A stretch of DNA of 44,682 nucleotides from Nemertoderma westbladi (GCA_032718475.1 JAUCBJ010003259.1:1-44682); one strand, 5' to 3'; shown: positions 12,049-24,298, counted from the stretch's first letter. The notes: generated by a model from the letters alone, not told the origin. Program-made: numbers and translations.

Positions 12049-12186
12049 ATTGTACGATAAATAAAACACGTTATTTACCTTTTCGCCCCTCGATCTGACT
12101 TATTTTCCTACCTCGCTGCGCGCGGTCGGTAAATAACAGATCTCGGGACGAACGGTAAATAAAGCATATTTTATTTACCGTACAAT
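12049..12186. repeat. Fold-back hairpin element, tip CCTCGCTGCGCGCGGTCGG
   Basis: ATTGTACGATAAATAAAA…TTATTTACC pairs with GGTAAATAA…TTTTATTTACCGTACAAT. Confidence 0.75.
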
Positions 12187-13261
12187 AAATAGTTATTTTT
12201 TGGTGATATTAGCAGATAATGTAGAATAAAAAAATTTGTTTCGGATGAATTGCGAATTAGTTTTGGGTTAATAAATTACATAAACTAGAGACGGGCATAG
12301 CGGACCGTGAAGCAAGTCGTAGGATAGACATAACGAGTCAAGTAAAAGTTTTTTGTTCTGTCTGATAATAAATTAGTGTGAGGGTAGTCCCGGATTTTCT
12401 AGACAACTTCAAACTATAATTATTATGTTGTAATCATCTAATGAATTATAAAAGCTGTTGTAATTATAGAAGATAGAGAGCAGTTAGCAAAGTTATTTTG
12501 TTCTATCGGATAGAGTAGTCCGAGAGGAGTCGAGGTGTCAATTGATTAATAATAATAACAGCAGTTGTTACACATTTATTAGCGGGATGATAACTATCCC
12601 TAATGCTGGGCTACGGCCAAAAAAGTTATTTTGCCCTAGGGCAAAATAACCATGTTATTCCCTCTTAGAAGTAGTGAAGTGTTACATACTGACATACAAA
12701 CATAGGAACCGGTAATGCTGCTGTACTCGTCTTAGGTCTGTTGTGTGTCACATCAGGTGTAAATCAGGTATTCAGACCACCAACTAGTTTTGTACTTCAT
12801 GTTTCATTATTATTGGGCGTTTTGTATTTCATGTTTCATTATTATTGGGCTGTGCTCCACTAGACAGCAAGGCCTATTTATGTCTCATTAATCACCTCAT
12901 TTTCATACTCATACTGACGACTTATACTGACGGCACTGACCTATGACTAAACTTTCAATTTCCACGGCAAATGAAGAGGTACCGGTGCAGTAGGCCTACA
13001 TAGTGTCACAGTCCAGAGTCGCACCGTACCAGGTCTGCAGCCTGCAGCCCTGCAGATAGGTATAGTTTGGCCTGTATTTATATAGGCTGCAAGGTACCGT
13101 ACTACCTCGTACTGCAGTGAGGCGTTTCTCCACTTCCTTCCTTCTAAATGTTAAAAAAAGATATCTAAGAATGTCGTTTAAATACGTTCGCTCCTTTCTT
13201 CGGTTTCCTTTTTAATACAGACTTTCAAACGTTTTAATATTAAAGTAAAGTAAAAAAAAGT

Positions 13262-13526
13262 ATTAACCGGTCTTCTAAGTGGAAGGTCTGGTGTTCAAGC
13301 CCCAGAACAGCCAAATTGTTGCTAGCTTCCAGTTGTACTGTAGGCTAATGGCAACCTGTCATGAGTTAAGGAGTAAAGAATATGGTTAGATAACCAGAGT
13401 ACTCGACCTTGGGAGTAGTGTGGTGCCTTCCCTGCGTTACAGATAATAGCCAAGAGAATGGAGCCTTTGGGTTGTTGCCTCGGGTGTTTCTTCTTACACG
13501 TTTGAATATAACTTTACGTTACTTTT
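13262..13526 (+). mobile_element. Possible degraded tRNA-derived SINE
   Basis: B-box-like GGTGTTCAAGCCC near 13290 and a CTTTAC/TTACTTTT-type tail; weak. Confidence 0.35.
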
Positions 13527-13857
13527 ATGCAGTTCTTAGCCAAAACTACATTTTCTAGACCATACTTTGATATAGTGGAGCGGAGATAGGTGTTGGTCGA
13601 CTCTAAGTGACATCATTCTTTTAAAACTGGCATAACAACCCGTTACATGGGAATATTAATGTTATTCTTATAATGTTACTATTTAGTTAGCTCAAATATA
13701 GCTCAAAGTGTGAAGAAAAAGAAGTACCTACTTTTTTCCCTAGGGAATAATAGTTAATCATACAGTAGGCCTAGGATTGCATTGAACTTACTTTTCCCGG
13801 CGAAAAATGTAAATGTGAAAATATTTTTCGTGGAATTTCTTAAACTTCATTACATGT

Positions 13858-15060
13858 TGTTCGCGCTTTCAGACCTTTGGCAGTTTAACCCGCCAAATTA
13901 GGATGTCTTCTAGATAATAAATCGCTTTAGCCTCTAACAAGTATTTGATTCACTACACTAGTTGAAACCAATCTGTGCGCGATCATTCACCCGTTGGATA
14001 TACCCGGGAGATTGATTTCGACAGCTTAATCGTATTGCTATGTAAGCCTAATGTATTATTCGACTGACAGTATTATATAATCTCTGACAATATTATTCAC
14101 CTTCGGGAAATATTAACAGTTCCTTTAGGACGTGGCGCTCTATCTATATAAACAGAGTTATGACTTAAACTACTCACAACGATATGGCTTATTTACAATT
14201 CACATATATGGCGCATTCTTTAGGAAATGCTTCGTTATCAGTCTCACTCATACACAATGCTGCACAATACTGCACAATAATCTGCCGATCTTCACTGATT
14301 TTAGTCACATATAAAAGGAACACAGACCGACTCATGTAGGGTCTATCAAATAACATTAGATTCACTTCAAACCACTTTAACATAAGTCACAATTGTTATA
14401 TGTAACCTTTCTCTCTTACCTTCGGTATATCAAGAATATTGGGTTTCGGGGTTATTTCTCGTTATTCCAAATATAATAATTCATCAACAAATATAATGAA
14501 TAACCGACAGCAAAGCAGTAATGTTAAGTTAAGTTGCACAGTATGGGCCAGTTAACCAGTGTTAACCAGTGCAGATAACATTGAGTTACCCAGTTGGTTT
14601 GATAACGGATATATGTCCTTATAATTAAGCCTACTAGTGTAAGGCTAAAGCAGAAAAGCACAAAAATACTCCAAAGCCGTTCTTCCTGGCTTAGAATAAC
14701 CAACACTGAACACTGATAAGAATAACTATAAGAATACCAGCTACCCTTATTCTACAAAGATCTCACCCACCACAGAGAATGAGCATACAGATAGGAAATT
14801 CAGTTCAGTAGATCTGTGATAGGTCAAAATCAAAACCAACTCAAATCCTATTGGCAGATACAGAAAGCAGGGCTATGGGGCAACCTTCCCAAGCTGGTTG
14901 GACGATCAAACATAGCCCAGATCCCTTCGTACAGCAAATCAGCCAATCAGCCGGTAGCTTGCACTATTCGAGCTAGAGATCCCTTTTTGAGTATTCCAGC
15001 GCCTTGGGGGGAACTGGTTAGCAAAGCAAACGAATCAGTTATCCCACAAAAGCTTTTACA
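13858..15060 (-). repeat. 3' LTR
   Basis: Matches 25222-26424 except for two substitutions seen by eye (14075/25439 and 14908/26272). Confidence 0.97.
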
Positions 15061-15068
15061 CCGCTCCC
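15061..15068 (-). other. Short polypurine-tract-like site (GGGAGCGG) before the 3' LTR
   Basis: Plus strand CCGCTCCC directly abuts the LTR. Confidence 0.6.
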
Positions 15069-15138
15069 AGAAAATGGGATTTAAGTCTATAAAATATACA
15101 AAATCACAGTTTCTAAAATACGAGAATACTCTAAACAG

Positions 15139-16663
15139 TTAGTCTTTCTTGCGCAGACGGCGTTTACGCAGTTTTTTAAAGCTAGCAAGAGTCTTTTTCT
15201 CTTTGGGGCGAGCCACTTTACAAGGAGGGCTATAACTCCTGGGTGAAGGGTGCAATATGATTGCATCAGAAGGCGTGGGATTATAGTCGGGGTATCCGCC
15301 GTTTCAATATGTTTCTCCTCGAGCTGATTTTCCTCCGCTCATCGTTGGATACGTTCGTCTAAAACTCTCGCCGAGAATAGGGTCGTCCAAGTTCAATATC
15401 GTCTTAGAGACTATGGATTTCCCAATCGAACTGGGATAAAGCCAATCCGTTTACCGCTTGGACTTGCTGTTATAATTTAGGTTTATCTGAGCAAACGTAG
15501 ATTTCTTTTCTGATCTTTGTAGAATAGCGTCTATCTCTTTTCGTACAACGCTCTCCTCCACCTTGATGACAGGTGGTATCGTGTTAAACGGAAACGATTC
15601 CGATTATACGATTGAATGGCGATATCGGGTGCCCGTGCCCCAATCCGACCAGGTAAAATGGGCGGATATTTAGGGAGCCCACAACCTGAGTGCCACCGAC
15701 TAACGGTTCGGGTAACACTGGATCTCTGAACGGTAAGTACAGCTCGGGAGGATCCGTAATACTATTAGGATCGAGAGTTTGAGGTATCACTTGGGAATAA
15801 GGAGGTCTGACCGAGTATTCCGGAACTCTGATCATGGGTTTATTCAATGATCGCTTAAGGCGCGCGACCGTAGGTGATACGTCGAAAAGGTTTCGCTCGA
15901 AACTCCCATAAGTATATCGCGTAAAACTGTGTTTAGCGCAACGTCTCCGCGGATGTTTATGCCTTTCGATTTGCTGGTTAGGTCTGGGGCATTCGTCACA
16001 GTAATACCAAAGACGCACGTCTTGAAGGGGAAACGCGGGTGATCGCTCTCCAGTTTACAATATTCCTCCATCTGTTCGAAGCTATCTGGAACGACAGGTA
16101 ACGGTCGATCGGCGGTAAGATACATCATCGTAAAATAGAGCCGTTTGAGTTCCATCATAGGATCTGGATGTATACCTTGAGGATATCGAGTTTCGAGGTT
16201 TTGTTGACTGGCAACATTGAGATAGGTCTCTCTTAGGAATTCTAGATAATCGTTGAAACCGTTACGTTTATCAGGTTCTTCAACGTCTTCTCTTTCGAGT
16301 TTGTTTCGAATAGGATTTTCGCATTAGAATTTTGGTTTATCGTTTCGACTCCTCTGGGTAGGATATGTTCGATATAGTCCGTATCGCGCAAATCGATAGA
16401 ATGGTCAATGGTTAAGAAGTCCATATACATACCATTACAATGCGCGCAGCGAGCGGTGAACTCTCCACAGTCCAACTCACGCGCAAGTTACTTCCAGGAA
16501 ATCGTAGGTTCGATATAACGACCATCATCCTTCGTAGTAGTTGGACTAGTATCACCGCGTGTCAAGCTATCAACAAACGTTTGAAAGTAGAGTATATAGC
16601 TCCCCGATACCAAGACCATCTTCTATCAACTCCGTCATATCTGCTATATATGAGTTTATCCAT
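15139..16663 (-). pseudogene. Decayed accessory ORF of unknown function in the env position
   Basis: Co-oriented fragments 16242-16475, 15844-16158 and 15584-16018, plus a frame with two stops ending KKLRKRRLRKKD* at 15139. They can be joined through a few frameshifts. Confidence 0.55.
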
Positions 16664-18292
16664 ATTATAATGAGTTTATATTTAGGCTAGCGAGCGTCGC
16701 TGCCTACCCCAATCAGCCCCCGGACAGTGCGAGATCCTCAGCGCCGATGTGTCGTCGCCGCTGTACTTTCGCCAACGACGTAGCCGCACAACGACAACAA
16801 CAACCGGCACAAGTCACTCGACTGTCCGTCCCAAAGGCTTAGATACACCTCAGGTTCTTACTGGAGAGTTAGGGTTACTTTCACAATTGCGACTCGCTAC
16901 TGTAAACACACCTTAGTAGTAACATTCACCTATAAACTCACAAATACCACACACACAACTTGTCACAAATTACACACACTCGGGCCATTTGTCCGTTAGT
17001 CAATGCCTTCCAGAATGTCACTGTATTATTATGTATCCTTGGATACTAGCAGTGCGCTATTTATTCCCTATGCTATTCAATGGGACAAGCTTTCTATTGT
17101 ACTTTTAACTCAATTCTAATTCTAGCGTGGTTGTTGCTATGGTGACATTATGCAAAGCTAGCGGTAGAATTAGGGTAATTCCAATGCATACAGATCTGGG
17201 ATGTTATTTAATAGTAATTCTTTAATGATCAATGTTCTGTTTTATACATGACTTTATGAATTTTATCGCCTATTGACTATGTTTGGGAGACTTTCGCACA
17301 CTCATACGCATGATAAGATAAATCTCCGCTCCCGTGATCTATTAATTAATGGAATTTTGGGAATGTTATAAATTGCGTAAAAATGGCAATTTATTAAATT
17401 CATTAAAAGGCATGAATTTAAATTATTCCCTGAAATTTTATTATTTAATAATTAAATGGACATATTTTGATTCTAGAATATGTCTGGGGACACAAGATCC
17501 TTAATTCTATGACAATTGTCTTTTTAAGAATATCAGTAAATGCTACGATATCTTAATTGACTAGAATTGTTGAAGGATCTGAATTTTACAGATTTTGATT
17601 TATTAGATTTGCAAATATTAACTAATTAATATTTGAGATGGGCACCAATTTATTCCAGAACTTGTCTGGGGACGTTAACCACTGATTCTAAAATTTGTCT
17701 TTCAAGTATATCGGTGGGTGCCGCGATATCTTAATCGACTAGAATTGCAGATGGTCAAAGGGTTTAACAGATTTATTTTGCGTTATACGCTACTGTTAAA
17801 GGGACATCACGCTACTATATGTATTATTTAATATATGGTATGAGAGCAATATCGCACGAAGCAATGTCAGTGTGAAGAGGCAAGTCGTTTCCAAGGTCTA
17901 CCCAGAGCTTGGTTTAGCCGAGACACGAGGATCTGAACTTTGCATTCCTAATACTCTGCCTACCAATAATACTTAAATATAGTAGTGGCTTTATTGCACT
18001 TTAATAAGTACGGATATTTCATCTTACTGTAGTCACGTATTTGTAATGTAATACGGACAGTAAGGAAGAAGGAAAAGAATTATTTCTTGCCGTCGCACTA
18101 AATATAATATATACGTAATTACGTACGCAATAAACACGAATATATTGCACTATTCTACTAAATAATCGCTAAATAAGATTCTACTAAATTAAATAAAACG
18201 ATTATAATAAAATTACGTAGTAATACATACATAAATATAAAAATAATAAAATAATATAAAATAATAGAGTCACACACCCACTCCATATGTTG

Positions 18293-18640
18293 TTACGTTA
18301 TGGAGTCCCTAGATGTTTGAAGGATTAGGGAGGTGGTCGTGGGAAGAGAATCTTGCCTTCCACAGTTTCCGGAGAGTCCTCCATTCCCTTCCGGTAAACA
18401 CAAACGACCAGCTGGGCGATTGAGTCGCTGCATCCCGAATACAATTCCAGGTTTCCTCTTCGTCCTGGAATAGTGACGATAGAAACATCGCTCTAAGTAC
18501 ACGACGGCCTTACAAAGCCGATTCCAGGAGCTATAGTGGTCCGTCGCTCCCTGCAGGAGAGGTGAGAGTCCCTCGAGACGTCTGATGTTCCAGAGCTCCA
18601 ATCGCTCTCTCTGATCTTCATGAAGGATCCACTCGCGGTG
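18293..18640 (-). pseudogene. Frameshifted pol remnant (region between RNase H and integrase)
   Basis: HYSSWNRLCKAVVYLERCF resembles the BEL/Pao R(F/Y)SSWxRLxRVxAW motif; it lies in the -1 frame relative to the main ORF. Confidence 0.65.
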
Positions 18641-21600
18641 GGGAGGTCCAGATCCACGGCGTCGTCCCTGGCAATATGTAATACCGACAGATCTATCCCG
18701 GGTTCAAATAACTCCGATCCACCCGTCCGGGTTTTAGGTTTGACATTCTCCGCTCCCTTGGCTTGTCTAATCTCAGCCGGAGTAAGATGGGGAGGCCATT
18801 CATCCTCCTTACTCAGGAAGTCGGGTTCACCTAGCCGGTCTGGAGTATCTGTCAGATCTTGAGGAGTTGCTCCTCTGGAAGCGATGTCGGCTATATTTAT
18901 CGTCTTGGGGCAATATCTCCATTGATCTACATTGGAGTTAAGATTGTCATTATCTGAGGAGTGTGGTGTTCCCTCAGTTGGGTCGTCTCCCTCACTAGTA
19001 TCGTCTTCCCATTCACTCACCTGGCAGACGCGATCTTGAAGCAGTCTTTCCCTGAGCGTTCTACGGGAAGGTCCAGTAAGGTACCAACCTACTCTAGTTC
19101 TTACCGCATAGGTCTGAAGTGGTTGCGGTTGAGTAGGTCGTTTCTCTAATGTCTCCAGCGCCTCATGCGCGTTTTGACCGATTAATATTTGTACTCCAGG
19201 ATAATCGGTGTCGAATCTAGGGATGTTAAGTTGTTGGACATGATCATCTTCGTTCCAATTATAAGGTTCCACTTGGGCGGTAGCGAAGTTCTTTATTGCC
19301 ACCATTTTGACTGACCTTATACTGTATTCTCCTAGTTTATCCTGTGGAGTGGACAACTCACCTATATAATAGTCGGCAGCTACAGTAGAATTCCAAACCT
19401 GCATGATCCCTGACATGTTTAGCTTGGTTCGGAACTTGGGTTGTCCAGCAAAGATGACTTCGGCTAGTTCTTTATCGATGAATGTTCCTGTGCTACCGGA
19501 GTCCAGGAGGGCGTTCACTATATAGCTCTTCTGAGGTCCGTGGACCCGTAACTGGACTACAGGAAATTCTCGGATTCCTATATTGGAAGTTGGCGCTTTC
19601 CAAGATGGTTGTTGATCAGAAGTAGTTAAGGTAAGGTCGCTGTCTGTGTCTTTCTCATGCATGAGTGCTCGATACACTGCGGTGGTGTTTATTAGGTAAC
19701 AGGATTCGTTTTGGTCGGAGAACTCGTCCGTATAGAATCCTTCCATCTCAGATTGATCAGTGTCGTTCACATCACTGAATTGGACATGTAGTTCGGACTC
19801 ACTTACCTGACTCGGGCTGTTTCGTTCGAATTCCGTGTGCAACAAGATATGATGTTTTGCGCCGCACTTTGCACACCTTGCGTCGGAGTAACAGGTTCGC
19901 CGTTGGTATCCTCGTCTGAGGCAATTATAACACAACCGCTTATCCCACATGACTTCACGTCTATCCTTTAGTGATTTCCTCAGGAATTTATCACACGCAT
20001 TTAAACGGTGGGGCCCGTCGCACAGCACACATTTCGGCTTGATGTTACTTACTTTAACCTGTGCTATGTGGTGCACACTTGTTCTTTCCTCGGGCTTTCT
20101 CACCTGAATTCTTTTAGGAGACGTAGGAGGGGTTTTTTGTACCGGTTCCCTTCTGTCATTGGGTCGAGACTTGGATTTACTTACCTGGTCTTTAGGCGTT
20201 TTATTGACATAATAAGATCTTTCAGTGTCTTTCCCGCTGTCCTCTCCTTGAGAGGTTTGGCTTTCGCCGTCGTCTGTATAACACATTGGTGTTACCCTTC
20301 TCCTAGAAACGGGTTTCTCACTTACCTTGTTTTCCAATGTCTTCTCTCTGGACTGCCTTAGGAGCTGTAATTTGACTTCTCTATCTAAGAATGACATGAG
20401 ATCAGTCATGGTAGGGTCTCGTCGTTGTTGTTCCATCATATATAACACTTTCTTATCCCAGCGTGTACCTACTCCACCCTTCGGTAAAGTAGAAGCCACT
20501 GCTCTAATAACCATAGCACTCTGATACTCATGAGACTTACCTAGCCAATCTAATTGTCTGCAGATCTCCTGAATTTCATCGGAAAACTCTATAATCCCGT
20601 TGCTAATAAACTTTCGGGGCGCTACCAACTTTGCATACAAATACCCAGCTATGTTATTCCTATTACCATACCTGATGTTTAGTGTATCCCAAACTTGTCT
20701 TAATCCGTCTGGATGTCCAATAAACTTTAACGCCATTAACTTGGGAGATCCTTCCAAGCACTCGATGAGGAATCTAAGTTTCTCTCCATTAGATAGTACA
20801 GAGTTCTGTATGTTATCTTTGTAATATTCATTAAAAGGTAACCATTTCATCTCATCTCCATTGAACTTGACGATCTCTCCAACCTTTACCGCTTGTCGGG
20901 CTTCGGTTCTAGCCATTTGGCGTGTAAAACTTTCTTGAGCCATCGTATTATTGAATAGAGAATTATCGGTATATAAGTTTCTCGGATTATTATCAAGTCT
21001 AGATGAGATATCATTATCAACAGGTTTATAATTACCCTTAATAGGGTTTACTATAGGAGTTTCTATTTCGCTAGCAGTATAGATGCGTGTAGGCTCCACA
21101 CCTTGCGCATGGGATACTTCAGACCTAACGGGTTGACACATTGTTACAGGGGGTGGTGGTATACTCTTTTGTGTGTTCACTAATTTATCGCGCTCTAGCA
21201 CGATACTTTGCGGCACTTCTTGCAACTCTAGTCTACTTTCCCTTACTGTGCCCTTGAATTGCTGAACAGTCTCCTGCATCTGCCCGAGCAGGAGATCCAT
21301 CCCCCGCCGTCTCTCGTCCACCCATTCGACCGCCGAAGCGGGAGTCGCCAACGTTGTAGCGGGCGGACGAGGGACAACGGGCGACAAATTATGAATATTT
21401 CGCTCGGGGTCCAGGACTTGAACTGTCTCCTGGGCAGTTCTACGGGGCACAGGTAGCTTAGTGCTATGCAGAGGGAATTTAGAGGTAACTTCAGGGAGTA
21501 CAGGTGTGTCTATCACCGAAGGGGTGATTTCGAGAACAGGCCTAATTATTTCAGGCTCATCTACTATAGTAGGGAGTCTTTCTATTTTAATTATTTGGTC

Positions 21601-22854
21601 TGTGGGTTCTGTACTGCCTAAGTTGGTGTTATTTAGTTGCCTTCTAACAGCTGGAGGCAAATCAGGCAATTTCTGACGGTGGAATGTTCTTTTACGTCTG
21701 CTTAGACGAGATCTATTTCCTTTGCCTTCAGTATCGGTGGTATCGCCTTCCTCAGATGATGTATAACCTTGTCTTTTGGGAGTAGATCGATTCATCATCT
21801 GCATATTACTAGCTGTTAACTGTTTATTTATGCAGTCTTGATTCTCTTGAAGATTTTCCAACTCCAGTTGGGTGATCTCTTCAGCCGCTCTCCGTTCTGC
21901 TTCCGCCACCGCTGCCGCTTTTGCCTCTGCCGCTGCCGCTTTTGCCTCTGCCGCTGCCGCTTTTGCCTTTGCCTCGGCTTCTGCTTTTGCCTCTGCCGCT
22001 GCCGCTTTTGCCTTTGCCTCGGCTTCTGCTTTTGCCTCTGCCGCTGCCGCTTTTGCCTTTGCCTCGGCTTCTGCTGCTGCCGCTTTTGCCTTTGCCTCGG
22101 CTTCTGCTGCTGCCGCTTTTGCCTCTGCCACTGCTTCTGCCAAGGTCGCTTTTCTTTCTGCCTCTGCCACGGCTGCTATCTTTCTGTCTTCTATACGTTT
22201 TTTCCTTACTTGTTCTTCCTTTTCTCTAGCGATGCGGAGTTGTTCATCGAATTTAGCTTGATTCGCCGCTAACATTTCCGCATCGATTGCGTCCAGCACA
22301 AGCTTGGTTCCTTCACTATTAGGGCTAAGCCCCTCCAGCCTTCTCAACTCGTCATCACCTAAAAAACGTTGATAGTCTGACAGATAGATGTCAATGGCAT
22401 CTCTCTTTCGCGGCCCCTCCGCTGTCCCTTCGCTTTCTTCTTGAGAAGAAGTGGCGTCGGTTGATTCTTCATAGGTTGGCCGTTCATCATAAACCGTATC
22501 CGACATCTTCGCTCCGCGTTCGGGCGTCCGCTCAACAGCACCCGAACTACTGGAGCTCTCGGGCCGCTGAGAACTAGGTTCTTGGCTAGGAGGTTGCTGC
22601 TGTTTGGCAGCTGCTTCTTGATCCCGCTTAACTTGGGCCCGAGTACCGATGATAGACCTACGGCGCTTCACTAACTTCGCGAATTGCGAAATTGCTTCTA
22701 CTAACCTAGGTTCTGACACAGCTACTGTAGGGGTTGTCTTTCTTACAGTAGGAGGGGTTTCAGACCTCGGTCTGGGATTCTCTATACTCCTATCTGATAA
22801 ACAGACTGTTGTTTCTAGGAGACTATCTGACAGAGTTTGCCTTGTGTCAGACAT
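18493..22854 (-). CDS. gag-pro: BEL/Pao Gag-protease polyprotein (1453 aa) with in-frame loss of RT and most of RNase H
   Basis: DUF1759-like KFNGDEMKWLPF…EKLRFLIECLEG. Triple knuckle CVLCDGPH…C / CYNCLRRGY…C / CAKCGAKHHILLH. Protease ALLDSGSTGTFI…ILIG…TRVGWYLTGP. This is followed almost directly by the RNase H tail QWRYCPKTINIADIASRG…PDFL. Confidence 0.92.
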   Translation of the reverse strand: MSDTRQTLSDSLLETTVCLSDRSIENPRPRSETPPTVRKTTPTVAVSEPRLVEAISQFAKLVKRRRSIIGTRAQVKRDQEAAAKQQQPPSQEPSSQRPESSSSSGAVERTPERGAKMSDTVYDERPTYEESTDATSSQEESEGTAEGPRKRDAIDIYLSDYQRFLGDDELRRLEGLSPNSEGTKLVLDAIDAEMLAANQAKFDEQLRIAREKEEQVRKKRIEDRKIAAVAEAERKATLAEAVAEAKAAAAEAEAKAKAAAAEAEAKAKAAAAEAKAEAEAKAKAAAAEAKAEAEAKAKAAAAEAKAAAAEAKAAAVAEAERRAAEEITQLELENLQENQDCINKQLTASNMQMMNRSTPKRQGYTSSEEGDTTDTEGKGNRSRLSRRKRTFHRQKLPDLPPAVRRQLNNTNLGSTEPTDQIIKIERLPTIVDEPEIIRPVLEITPSVIDTPVLPEVTSKFPLHSTKLPVPRRTAQETVQVLDPERNIHNLSPVVPRPPATTLATPASAVEWVDERRRGMDLLLGQMQETVQQFKGTVRESRLELQEVPQSIVLERDKLVNTQKSIPPPPVTMCQPVRSEVSHAQGVEPTRIYTASEIETPIVNPIKGNYKPVDNDISSRLDNNPRNLYTDNSLFNNTMAQESFTRQMARTEARQAVKVGEIVKFNGDEMKWLPFNEYYKDNIQNSVLSNGEKLRFLIECLEGSPKLMALKFIGHPDGLRQVWDTLNIRYGNRNNIAGYLYAKLVAPRKFISNGIIEFSDEIQEICRQLDWLGKSHEYQSAMVIRAVASTLPKGGVGTRWDKKVLYMMEQQRRDPTMTDLMSFLDREVKLQLLRQSREKTLENKVSEKPVSRRRVTPMCYTDDGESQTSQGEDSGKDTERSYYVNKTPKDQVSKSKSRPNDRREPVQKTPPTSPKRIQVRKPEERTSVHHIAQVKVSNIKPKCVLCDGPHRLNACDKFLRKSLKDRREVMWDKRLCYNCLRRGYQRRTCYSDARCAKCGAKHHILLHTEFERNSPSQVSESELHVQFSDVNDTDQSEMEGFYTDEFSDQNESCYLINTTAVYRALMHEKDTDSDLTLTTSDQQPSWKAPTSNIGIREFPVVQLRVHGPQKSYIVNALLDSGSTGTFIDKELAEVIFAGQPKFRTKLNMSGIMQVWNSTVAADYYIGELSTPQDKLGEYSIRSVKMVAIKNFATAQVEPYNWNEDDHVQQLNIPRFDTDYPGVQILIGQNAHEALETLEKRPTQPQPLQTYAVRTRVGWYLTGPSRRTLRERLLQDRVCQVSEWEDDTSEGDDPTEGTPHSSDNDNLNSNVDQWRYCPKTINIADIASRGATPQDLTDTPDRLGEPDFLSKEDEWPPHLTPAEIRQAKGAENVKPKTRTGGSELFEPGIDLSVLHIARDDAVDLDLPTASGSFMKIRESDWSSGTSDVSRDSHLSCRERRTTIAPGIGFVRPSCT
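21872..22160 (-). repeat. Coding Ala/Glu/Lys repeat (AAAEAKAEAEAKAK) in the Gag N-terminus
   Basis: Repeated GCCGCTTTTGCCT units on the plus strand. Confidence 0.9.
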
Positions 22855-22984
22855 GTTTGTTTGTACTGTTGGATGCCTACTGCTATATTACAGTCTAAGC
22901 AAGTCTAGTAATTCAGTATTAACTGCTAGCTTAGTAATTAATTACCGATACTGCTACTCAGCGTAGCGTGATATATATAATATA

Positions 22985-23365
22985 TTAGAATACCGGTATG
23001 CTTATAGTATATATAAGTATTATTACAGACTAGTTTTATCACAGAATACCGGTATAATTTTAGCACAAATATATATAAATATATAATAGGCCTATCGGGA
23101 ATACCGGTATACAGCTTACAGTTTGTAGCATATATAAGTATAATTCTGGACTAGAATTAATTATAAAGTACCGGTATAATTTCAGCCTAAATTTATAGAA
23201 ATAAAGATAATAGGCCTATCGTAAATACCGGTATGCAGTTTACACTTATAGTGTATATATATAAGTATAATTACAAACTAGAATTAAATACAGAATACCG
23301 GTATGATTTCAACCTAAAATTTATAGAAATAAATATAATAAGCCTATTGTAAATACCGGTATATC
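22985..23365. repeat. Seven ~55-70-bp units with a palindromic TACCGGTA core in the retroelement leader
   Basis: Cores near 22991, 23047, 23102, 23169, 23226, 23296 and 23354. Confidence 0.85.
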
Positions 23366-24298
23366 AATTATTTTAAATAACTGAATTTCTGAATTTTAAG
23401 GGTTACTTGGTTACCTTAACTTACTTTATTGCCGTTATTTAAGCAGTAGTCCAACTGATATTGAGACCTAATTGTTGTATGGCAGGCCTACTATTTATAA
23501 ATCGTTTGAGTTGATTTATAATATATATATACCCGTTTAATGGGTTTTGTCAATGTTGAAATAAATGTTATTATTTCTGGGGAGTAATCACTACACAAAG
23601 CGGTGCGCTTTCAGTGAAGTGTTACTTATAGGACACTAAAACAAATAATGCTAATTTACCTAAGTTACTTAATACTACAAATTACGTACAATTCGGGTGA
23701 GATTACAATCTCTAAATAAACACAAAAATTTACAAAAAACACAAAATACGAATTTTCAGGGTAATTTTACAAGAAGTCTACAAACCAGCCTAACAAAGGG
23801 TTAGAAATCTGGTTATTACAACGGACAGGGTACTGCGGTATTTGAAAATAATACGTAGTAGTAAATACACTGCGTTGTCCAGATAGGAAAATACCACCGC
23901 CTGACGACCTATAGCCGTATCGATATAGGTACTACGTTATGTATCACGGAGTGTCCCTACCTAGAAGTTAATAGAGCTAATCGAACGTGCCTATCAACCA
24001 CTTTACAACACAAATATAATGCATACACTAATTACTTTCGGAAAGCACTGTACACTAAACCCTAAATTAGGTACGAGTACTTGTACAACATATAATCAGT
24101 AGTTAAATATACTTGAACAGCTAAAAGAACCACGGCATCTGCTGGAGTGACCGGTGCACAAAATCACCAGTCTTTACCTACGCCAAGCAGCCCGTGTAGT
24201 ACCGGGTTAATTTAACTATAACGGTATGTATAACAAACACAATTATTGTAGGAACAAACTTGGGGAATGAATGTTGCGAATAATCGCATAAACTCTGA

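Noticed and set aside
14132-15142. Short ORFs duplicated at 25496-26434
   Set aside because: They lie inside the LTRs; the duplication reflects LTR identity, not coding function.
15203-15215. TGGGGCGAGCCAC shared with the repeat heads at 10872 and 29083
   Set aside because: The match does not extend; treated as coincidence.
15139-16663. Envelope gene
   Set aside because: No signal peptide or transmembrane segment in the recoverable frames.
21838-22272. Plus-strand Ala-, Leu/Pro- and Cys-rich ORFs
   Set aside because: Antisense shadows of the Gag repeat.
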